Origin: Cirrosporium novae-zelandiae
Lineage: Eukaryota
NCBI GenBank assembly: GCA_026023565.1
Contig: JAPETS010000042.1
Location: forward strand, 124,001 to 188,000
Reading direction: 5' to 3'
Length of the DNA stretch: 64,000 nt
Shown: piece by piece, positions 10,922-22,328 of the stretch
Layout of the letters: every line of letters begins with the position of its first letter
How positions within the stretch are numbered: the stretch's first letter is position 1
The notes under the pieces: generated by a model
What the model was told of the DNA's origin: nothing
Database searches by the model: none
The model's input: the letters and a program-made list of their open reading frames with translations, nothing else
Position numbers and translations under genes: made by a program

Positions 10922-12980
10922 ATGGACAACGCTCTGTCTCTAATTATGCAGGGTAGGCAAGCTTTCAACTTCCTTAATTACAACTACAAAGTGGAATGCT
11001 AACGCTGCTCAGTTCCCCTCAAGGTTGCCGTTCCTGCGGCGGTAGCAACGGCTGCTTACATCAATGCCCGCATATCCGTCTGGAATGACTTACGCCTTGT
11101 CAATGGTCTATTCAGAGGCCTCTGCAACACCCTTTACACTGAATTCCGAGATCGCCAGAACATCTTCTATACCCTCGAGGATTATGCAACATCAAAACGA
11201 TTCGCGGATAAAGAATGTTTTGTCTATGAGGGCCAATCTTGGACTTTTAAGCAGCTGTATGAAACTGTACTGAAATATGGCAGGTGGCTGCGGACAGAGT
11301 ATAGCGTTGAGCCAAAGGAGATTGTGGCGTTGGATTTTACAAACCGTCCGGACTTTGTGTTTTGCTGGTTCGGATTGTGGAGTATTGGCGCGGTTCCAGC
11401 GTTCATCAATTATAATTTGACAGGACATTCTTTACTCCATTGCATCCGAACGTCGACGGCGAGGCTTCTGATTGTGGACCCAGAAGTGCGAGAAAAGATT
11501 ACAACAGAAGTGCAGAATGAGCTTGCCTCCTCAAGCTTCAGAAATGACGAGGGATCCGTACAGGTGGTATTCATGGAGAAGGAAACCCAAGAAGCCATTA
11601 TGAAGCTAGAACCTGCTCGTGGACCAGACAGCCTGCGAGCAGGTGCCCTTGCTAATGATATGGGCTGCTTGATTTATACTAGTGGGACAACGGGAATGCC
11701 AAAGGCTGCAAATGTTGCTTGGGGCAAATTTCGTGTTGCTGGCGTTTTTGTAGTCAACTGGATGGGTTTGAAGGCCACTGATCGATTTTATACTGTGCGT
11801 AATACCGGTCGTCTTTTATATACACAACTAAATATTCCTTTGATAGTGCATGCCCCTCTACCACTCTACCGCCTGCATCCTCGGCTTCACCGCTTGTCTC
11901 CTAAATGGTATTCCTATTATTCTTGGACATAAATTTAGTACCACAACATTTTGGCCCGAAGTACGTTCGTCACACGCTACGGTTATACAGTATGTTGGTG
12001 AAACCTGTCGATATCTCCTCTCTGCCCCACCTCATCCTCTCGATGGACAAAACGATGTCCGCATAGGATACGGAAACGGTCTTCGCCCGGATATCTGGGC
12101 TCAGTTCCAGTCTCGCTTCAACATACCGGTGATAGCTGAGACATATGCAGCCACGGAAGGTACGCTGGGTGTTTTTAACCTGTGTGCCAATGAGTTTACT
12201 CAAGGTGCAATTGGGCGAAATGGCAAAATGGCAGAGCTTGTCCTCGGAAACCTTCTCTCAGTAGTTCGATTGGATGAGGCCATGGAAGCGCCGCGACGGT
12301 ACCCCGAGCATGGTAATTTCTGTCAACGGGCAAAAGACAATGAACCAGGCGAACTGCTTTTCCGCCTACCTGGATCTAATCCCGAAACCATAAAGCGGCG
12401 ATTCCAAGGATACTTTAATAATCCAGAGGCATCTCAAGAAAAGGTTCTTTTCAATGTTTTCCGGAAAGGTGATGCGTTCTTTAGGACTGGGGATGTCATT
12501 CGCTGGGATGACCAAGGAAGAATGTTCTTCTGTGATCGTATCGGTGATACCTTTCGATGGAAATCGGAGAATGTTGCGACCACAGAAGTCGAAGCGGCAT
12601 TGGGTGCTTTTCCTGCCGTCAAGCAATGCACCGTTTATGGTGTCGAGGTGCCGAAACATGAAGGGCGAGCTGGCTGTGCTGCATTGGTGATGAACTCAGC
12701 TAGCAGCGAAGACAATACGATGAAGGAACTCGCCACCCATCTTCAGCACGAACTTCCAAAGTACGCGGTTCCACTTTTTCTCAGGGTGACTGCAAAAGAG
12801 GCTTTGGACACGACCGGTAACCACAAGTTTGTAAAGCATGATTTGAGACAAGAAGGTGTGGATCCAGATGTGATAGAAGGAAAGAGTGGAGATAGAATAT
12901 TTTGGCTACATGAAGGACGGTATATTCGATTAGACAAGGAGGCTTGGGAGCAAATAAAGAGTGGAGGGGCGAGATTGTGA
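10922..12980 (+). CDS. FAT1: Very-long-chain fatty acyl-CoA synthetase / fatty acid transport protein (FATP family), peroxisomal PTS1 -ARL
   Basis: AMP-binding IYTSGTTGMPK, QYVGETCRYL, YAATEG and FATP motif GDAFFRTGD...DRIGDTFRWKSENV. Introns 10953-11012 and 11795-11846. Alternative in-frame ATG at 10946. Ends in ARL. Confidence 0.92.
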
Positions 12981-13591
12981 ATATAAATAGAACTGTCTAC
13001 TCCGCTTGGTGTGTATGTATCACCGGTGTTGATGAGGGATAAATAGCGTGCATTGGGAGGATATAGATTCTATAAATACTGTTTACCTTGTTATGCTGCA
13101 ACACATCGGATCTTATCTTATCGGATGTATCAATGCCAAGACGTTAGACTTGACCAACTCTTGTTTTCATCTTGCAATCTTGTTTTATGTCTATCATGAA
13201 TCAATAATTAATTCTAATGCCCAGCACATTATATAATATACCACTTGGCTAGTGTTGTTATCAACTGGGCGAATGTTGAGTATTTCTTGTTCACTATGTT
13301 TTTCCGCAAACAGCCTAGCAAATCTTTCCTCGGTTTCTTTGGCCATGATAGACATTGTTGAAATCCGAAAGCGGTTGAAATTCAAATTCTCATCATGAAA
13401 GCTTTTAGGGCTTCCTATCTATTGTGGTTATGCTTCCTTGCTTCTTTGTTGAACAAGAATTAATCATCATCGAATAAAGATGTCTTCGTCTCTCCGTTTT
13501 ATTCTTTTTTGCAGATTTGTGGAGATGGAGAGGACGCCTAAAATTATTTTCCTTATACTTTTCTAATTGTATAATTCACCGTACTATCAAC

Positions 13592-16500
13592 ATGGCACAA
13601 CCAAACCAGCAGGCAGAACTTCCGCGATATTCGACGGTAAAACTGAGCTCAGGGGAAACGAAATCCCTTTCAATCCCGAAATCGCCCCCCAAGCACTATC
13701 CTTGGGCCAATACCATCAGAAATGCGCGTGTCGGTATCTTGATTAACGAGTTGGAAGGTAGCTACCTATGGAAAGCTACGGACTTGGAGGCCCGTACGGT
13801 AAACGGAAAGACAGCCGAAATCAATATTGTCCTTGGCTCTGGTCAAGACACTGCTTACAAAGGGTCAATCAATATATATGAAGCCAAGGACCCCAAACAG
13901 AAAGACATACCAAGGACTTTAAAAAATCTTTATTTCATCTCTCACTCCAAGGATGAGCTCCCAGTTTATCATTTCTGGAAAGGTGATGGGGGGGTTGATC
14001 CGTTGAACCCCCATAGAAAAACAGACTGGCAAAGGGTGTTTGAGGGTCATGAAAGAAAAGGGAATGCGCCGCCGCGGTTAATAGACGGACGGGGGGAGCC
14101 AATTCTAGTCCCTGAAGTTGAGCGTGCAATTAAAGATTCTGAGCGAGCACAGGAGAGGCCAAAAATTGGCAAATGGGCTTTACCTAAAGGAGTTCAACCG
14201 GGTGATGAAAAATGGAAAGAAGTAGAAGAGCGTTGGACAAAATATATTCGAGAATGGTATGCTAAGAAGCTCGATCTCAATGATTTTTTATCGACCATAC
14301 AGAAAGAGGTTCCAGAGTGTTACTACGCCTTGACATGCGGTCCGCGTGTAATAGAGCATCCTACAGATTCGGATGGAAATAAATTGGAACTTCCAACTTT
14401 GGCTCATAAGATGACCCAATACCAACTTAAACATGAAGACTTTACTCCTCTTACCGGCCATGAACCTCCTTATGCATTGGACGAGGAGGAGGAAAAAAGT
14501 GGTATCACGAAACCGCTATCCCTCAATCTGAGAGCAGCTACCATTAAACCGGTCGAGTTTCCGACGAATGCAAAGGATACAAATCTTCAATTTCTCTTAA
14601 AGTATCATCAAAGAGGCGGTGATGGTTTTATACATCGTAGTAAGGTCTTGTATTTCCTCTTCGAGAAACACAATGCTCATCGCTTCATTACATAGCAAAC
14701 CCAAAACATCCAGAAAAATATATCCAGCGCGAGAGACCTGTGGTATTCAGGTATTCTGAAACACCGCCGCCTATCATAGTTGACGGAAAGGAACTCCAAA
14801 TGGCAGACACCTATGTTCCTGATGGCGCCAGGTTTAAAAAATCAATCGATCAGACAGACGCCCAAGGATATAAGGACCAGGCTTATAGACACGGAGACCC
14901 ACCTGTTCCGAATAACAGTGGAAGAACCGTGATAGAAAGAGCGAGGACATATATGCCCTCAGCCTTTAACTTTAACCCGCCCCCCAACAGATCCCTTATT
15001 CCTTCGGGGCGACCCGACGAACTAGACGACAAACTAGGGGACTGCCCAAGCGACGAGGTGGACGACGGGATGGACGAAGGGATAGACGACGAGATAGACG
15101 ACGAACCAAACAAGAATACTTTAAATTTAAGCTCCAATCCAGGAGATAATGTCGAGCCTGAAAAACAACCTTCTTCCCGAAAACGTAAGTCAACAGAAAG
15201 GGTGCCGTTCGGATCAACACAAGGATTTACAAAGGCAACAGCAACTTCAAGCAGACCAACTCCTACTCTAGATGAATCATACTCTGCTCTACAAGACAAA
15301 ATATTACGTGAACAAATATTAAATTCTACTTGGGAGAGACCAACTTTGTATCCTACTCCTGAGAGCTTGGCTTCTATTCCAAGGAAACCATTTGTTACTC
15401 CCCCAAAAACATATTCTAGTGGGAAAGCCCCAGCTTTTTCCTCGACAAGTCCATTTCTTACTCAAGAGCAATCATCTTCTACTCCGAAAAAACCATCTTT
15501 TACTGTTTCAGGATCCAAGACTAACAACGAGGTGGCAGCCGGGGAAACTATTACCCCAAATGACTCGTGGCTTCACGAGTTCGAGAAATCCTTAGAGTCT
15601 TCCGAGGAAGCTAGTCCCTCAACCCCTCAATGGCTTAATGAGGCTGGGAAGTCCTCACAGCCTTCCCGGTGGGGACATGGTTATGGTTCAGGTACGTTAG
15701 CATTATAATAGACGAGACAAGAAAATCATATTAATAAAAACAGTTTCATTGCTATCGCAATCAAAGCCGAAAGAACCTTTAGGTAGCAAAGATGTTGGCC
15801 GAAGTAAGAGACTGATAAAAAGCATTCTTAACGAAATGACCAGTAATCGCTGACATCCAACTCTAATAGAGATATCTAGCCTGCTTAGAGAGAACATAGA
15901 AAAGCTTCAAGAGAAAAAGAAAGTCAAGCTGATGCCGTGGTCATTATACGATTCCATCGACCCACTAAAACCAAAAAGCTCTGCCGAAAGACTTCTCCAG
16001 ACGTCCATGGCTCCCCCCATCGAACAAGGGATTAAGGGAAGCCTAAACACTCCCACGATGTATGTGCGAGCGGCTACCATGTCTGAGATGGTTGATCTAA
16101 AGGAGAGGTTAATACATGCCGAAAACGCCGTCTTAGAGCGTGAGCATCAGTGCTTCCTCTGCGAGGCATCATTCGCTTATCCCTTAGGATCTGCTTGGGA
16201 TAAGGAGAGCAAAGGGTATTATCATGAGACTCGTGAGAAGGTCCGTACAAATTGTCTACATCCATCCCAACCAACTAACCAGGATATACAATATAGATCA
16301 AGGAGCACTATGAAAACCATCGGAAAGAATACAGACAGACCTGCCCATTCTGCGCTATGGATTGGACCATCTGGGCCGACCCAGTAAGCAACTAATGACC
16401 TCTTAATTTCTAATCGTTTAAATGGTAGACAAACAAAAACTAACAGAATCCCTCCCAGCTCCGACAAAAGCATATTAATAGGGAGCATCTCCGACTAGAA

Positions 16501-17271
16501 CCATCATCACCCTCTCCCTACCAAAATCAATCCCATGCAGGCAATAGGGATAATGCCCTCGACGATAGCGATAGTTCCGACGACGACAACTCCTACCAAA
16601 TCGCCCCCAACGAACCCAACCCCGATCCCAACAACCCTCCACGCCAGTATTGCCCCGTTTGCTGCGAAGATGTCACAAACCTTAACTTCACCGATGAAAA
16701 TGCCGTAGGAACTGCGCACCTCAAAAAGTGCGTGGCCGATGTAGAGGACATCAGGATGTGGAATATGAACACGTATCTAGATTATGTGGAGAGGTATGGG
16801 AAGGATACGGCGGTGTATGAGAATTTGATGAAGGGGAGGAAGTTGATGAAGGAGGGGGCGTTAAAGGATCAGAAAGATGATAGTAAAGACAATAAAGATA
16901 GCTCAAAAAAGGAACAAAAAGCCGAGGAAAAAAACAAGGGCGAGAAAGAAAAGAAAAAAGCTGATGAACAGAAACGGAAAGGTAAAAAGCGCGGCAGCAG
17001 CGACCCCTTGAAGTATTCCAGGCCGCAAACCCGAAGCCTCAAGAAACCTAGACTTGATGATTGGACCAACGAAGAAGAAGAGGAAGAGGAAGAAAAAGAG
17101 AAAGGGAAAGGGAAAGAGAAGAAGAAAGGAAAAAGGTCTTCGAAACGGTCTAGGGACCCTGACGATGAGTTTAAGGTCAATGATGGGGATGAGGATGAAG
17201 ATGAAGATGACATCTTGATAACCCCGTCTGGTAAGAATACTAGGTCGCTTAAGAAGCAAAGGACGGTTTGA
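13592..17271 (+). CDS. Large uncharacterised protein (~1,120 aa) with three zinc-finger-like motifs and a K/E/D-rich basic tail
   Basis: Exons 13592-14639, 14696-15691, 15744-15803, 15870-16240, 16297-16383 and 16459-17271 join in frame across GT-AG introns. Splicing yields CFLC..HYENH, CPFC..HINREH and CPVC..HLKKC. Confidence 0.7.
15020..15104 (+). repeat. Degenerate 12-bp coding minisatellite (GACGA(C/A/G)nnnnTR) encoding D/E-rich repeats
   Basis: Translates DELDDKLG...DEVDDGMDEGIDDEIDDE. Confidence 0.6.
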
Positions 17272-17704
17272 TTTGGATTGATTGGTTAAGCCTTGGCTTT
17301 TTTTTTGAACATGTTTTATTTAAAGGATTAGGAAAAGGGGATAAAAGGAATAAATGTCTATCCACGAGATGAGGGGGGGGGGGGGGGTTATTTAGGAGTC
17401 TATGATAAGTAGAATTGGTGGATAGGGCGTCCTTGAGTCTATTAATCTAAGTCACTTTCCAATAATAATTGAATAATTATTTTCTTTTTTTTACTTGGTT
17501 ATTCAATCAGGGAGGTGGGGAGGGCTTCAACTACAAAGCAAGCATGATAACAACTATCCCATCTTGATTAACCGTTGCGTATATATATATGATTAGTGTT
17601 GTATGACATGACTAACTACTGTACCACGTAACAAACAAATACCAAAAATCTTTCCTAAGTTCTTTTTTTTTAACATTATTTGCTTGTAAAGTCACTAAAG
17701 TGTG

Positions 17705-17969
17705 TGTTAGAAGGCAACCCAATAACATCTTTACCTCCTTAGGTACCTAACTAAGCCAAAAAGGACGTGGGATATATAGATATTCGCTACCTGGGCGGAT
17801 ATATAACTAGTGTTAGGATATAAATATAACCTGGCTACTAAGCAACATGAAGGTTATATCCATATCTTAACACTAGGTGATATCTAGACCAAGCAGCGGA
17901 TAGGTATACTTTATCCCATGTCCTTTTGGTTTGGCTGGGTAAGAGTGTTTGTTGGCTTGCCTTTTGACA
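17705..17969. mobile_element. 265-bp foldback / MITE-like element formed by a long imperfect inverted repeat with TGT...ACA ends
   Basis: Left arm 17705-17832 aligns with the reverse complement of 17851-17969: tgttagaaggcaacccaata vs tgtcaaaaggcaagccaaca, aaaaggacgtgggata vs aaaaggacatgggata, ctagtgttaggatataaatataacct vs ctagtgttaagatatggatataacct. 18-nt loop, no ORF. Confidence 0.7.
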
Positions 17970-18529
17970 GTTTTTGTTTAATTCGGCCTAATTCAATACA
18001 TCACTTACCTACCTACCCACCTGGCTGTTTTTGACCGATAATTAGGAGTAATTATGTGACTGTAATCACACAATTAGAATCCCTAATAAAATATTACACT
18101 GTACTGTATGTACTGTAATTACCAGAGAGACATACATACAACCCTATTTCTCTTCCCCCACCCCCAAACCGGAAAATCCTTCTTCCCCCACCCACCAAGA
18201 AGAAGAAAAATTCCCACCCGATTTAACCAACCACACCAATCCACCACAAACCCAGCGAAAGAGAAGAAACACACACACACATACACACACCAAATAAACC
18301 AAATACTGACACCCAGCCTGAAACTCTCCACCGCAGGCAAACAAGCAAGCAAGCAAATAGGACAAGCAAGATCTCGAGCTCCATCCACCCCACTCCACCC
18401 CCACCACTTTCACATCCATTTCCACTTCCACCTCCCGCCAAAAGTTCCCACGAGCTAATTGGCGTACGCGCCTCCTCCGAAACCAAAAAAAAAAAAAAAC
18501 ACACCAAAAAAAAACACCAAAAAAAAACA

Positions 18530-19975
18530 ATGATAGAAACTCTCTGCACGCTTCCCCTCCCCTCCGACGTCTTCACCAGTGCCCTCCACCCCTCCACCTC
18601 AACATCCACATCAACACCAACCCTCTACACCGTCGGCCTCGCCTCCGGCCATGTAATAACATACCGAATCCCGCCGCCCTCAACCTCGCCCTCAAAAACT
18701 GGTCTCGGCATCTGCGAAACCGCTTGGAAGACTCATCGGCATAAGGGGAGCTGCAGGTGTATTTGCTATAGCTGGGATGGGGCTAATATTGTTAGTGCGG
18801 GGTTGGATGGGGTGGTGAAGGTTGCGGAGAGTGAGAGTGGGAGGGTGGTTTGGAAGTTGGGGGGCGTATGGTAAGTTTACCAATTTGATTTTCTTTTGTG
18901 TTTGTTTGTGGTGGTGTTTTTTTAGGACGGGGGACAACGGGGGAAAGTGAAAGAGAACAAGAAAGGAAAAGTAAATAACTAACACACCGACAGCACCTCA
19001 ACCCACGACCCCGACCCCCCAACCCTCCTCTCCTCCCCAACTCCGCAAACCCTCCTCCTCGCGACCGACTCCTCCGCCCTACACCTCTACGACCTCCGCA
19101 CCCCCCCACACCCCACCCGCCCAACCCAAACCCACCACCCCCACACCGACTACATCTCCTCCCTAACCGCTCTCCCCCCCTCCCAAACCAGCTCCTCCCA
19201 CCTCCCCCGCCAAATCCTAACCACTGGCGGCACCACTCTCGCGATCACAGATCTCCGCAAGGGAATCCTCGCCCAATCTGAGGACCAGGAAGCTGAATTG
19301 CTGAGTTCCTGTGTCGTGAGTGGCGTAAGGAGGAGGGGGCGGGGTACGGACCTGGCGGTCACGGGGACGGGGGAGGGGGTTCTACTTCTTTGGGAAAGAG
19401 GCGCATGGGATGATCAAAATGGAAGGATTGTTGCTGATAAACACGTCGGTGGTGGTGGGGGTGGGGTGGATAGGGAAAGCATCGACGTCCTAAAAACGGC
19501 CCCGGGATCTCTATTCCACCACTACCACCACACCACAGGAAAGATAATAGCCCTAGGCCAAGGCGACGGGAAAATTAAATTCGTGAATGTTGGCGGTGGG
19601 GCAGGTAATAATACATTTGCGGGGGAATTCGTACATGATGAGTTTGATGGGGTTGTGGGGTTGGATTTTGAAGATGGCCAGGGGGGCGAAGGAGGGGCAG
19701 GGAGGATGATTAGTGCGGGGGGGAGAACGGTTAAGATTTGGGGGGTTGAGGAAGAAAGTGAGGAAGGAGAAGAAGAAGAGAGCGAGGGGGAATGTGAGGA
19801 GGGTGATGACGACAACGATGGCGATGGCGATGAGAGCGAGGAAGAAGAAAAAGAAGAAGAACAAAGCTCAGACTCAGACTCAGACCAGAAACCTCGAAAA
19901 CGGAGGAAGACTAAGAAGCAAGGTCAGAATAATTCTGGAAAACCAATCATGGGCGCGTTTAGGGGAATTGATTAA
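18530..19975 (+). CDS. JIP5: WD40-repeat protein JIP5/WDR55 (ribosome biogenesis)
   Basis: N-terminus MIETLCTLPLPSDVF, WKTHRHKGSCR, LLLATDSSALHLYDLR, TTGGTTLAITDLRKG, SEDQEAELLS, acidic tail ending FRGID. Intron 18871-18993. Confidence 0.9.
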
Positions 19976-20062
19976 GGCCCTTTGGGTATTTTATATAATT
20001 AAATTATGATAGGTAGATAGGTTGTGGGTGATAGGTGGTTCAGGATAGGGATAGGATAGGGC

Positions 20063-20090
20063 CTAACTAAACTAAACTAAACTAAACTAA
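20063..20090. repeat. (CTAAA)n pentanucleotide microsatellite between convergent genes
   Basis: ctaactaaactaaactaaactaaactaa. Confidence 0.85.
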
Positions 20091-20471
20091 GACAATTGAT
20101 AAAAAACCATACTGGAAGAGGGAGAGAAAGAGAGAGGGAAGAGATACGAAGGAAGCTTTATCTATCTATGAATGAATGAATAAATGAGATCCCTGATTCC
20201 TATTTGTAAACGATTTTTCTTTTTTTTTCTTCGAGGAGCTGTAATTATTCGTCGTTATTGTCGTTATCATCGTTATCAGATATTTTTTTTTTCAATCTCT
20301 CTTCATATTGATTGAAAAAAGAACAAACAAAACATGGAAAATGTTTTCGAGATTATTGGGTAGATTGATTGATTTGATGGGTTGATCCAAATCTTCCCCC
20401 ATCTTCCCATCTCCTATGTCCTTAGTAGTCCTCACACTCGCGCCTCACGCCTCACCCAACTTCCCACGAAA

Positions 20472-21764
<1,293 letters not shown>

Positions 21765-21955
21765 TCAGTAAGTCAAGAAGTTCAGGCTTGTCAGAGAAAT
21801 ACCCCGCGGTGCCAATTGACGTCCAAGTAAGAGAGAGGGGACCATCAAATAGACTCGAATGTGAAACGATAGTGTGAAATACTTGGTAGTAATTATGAAC
21901 AGCACGTCATCTGTCTACCTACGTAACATACCACAGCTACTGACTACTTATGTAT

Positions 21956-21985
21956 AGTACAGTACAGTACAGTACAGTACAGTAC
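21956..21985. repeat. (AGTAC)6 microsatellite
   Basis: Perfect pentanucleotide run. Confidence 0.95.
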
Positions 21986-22328
21986 ATTAATTGCAGTACA
22001 GCCAACCTCCTCATTATCCATCGCTTTCATTGCTCAACACAACCCCAACTAACTCGTATATTATATAGACAATACAACCCGAATTCCATTCACTCCCCAT
22101 GCTTCCTCCAAAATAAAAACACAATATTCCACCCTCCAAACCCCCAACCCTGGTGGACCGGTCCATGCAATGCATCGCCAGAAAAACTAGGACATTCTCG
22201 TTCACTTCCCTTCATAATACCCATCGTAATCATGAATCGCATCACAACAAAGCTAGTAAATAAAACATTCATCACATCCTATCCATCGTCACAATCACCC
22301 CACCGCTATCTATATCATATTCCTATAC

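Noticed and set aside
16869..17259. Hydrophobic Phe/Ser-rich antisense ORFs resembling membrane proteins
   Set aside because: Mirror image of the K/E-rich sense exon
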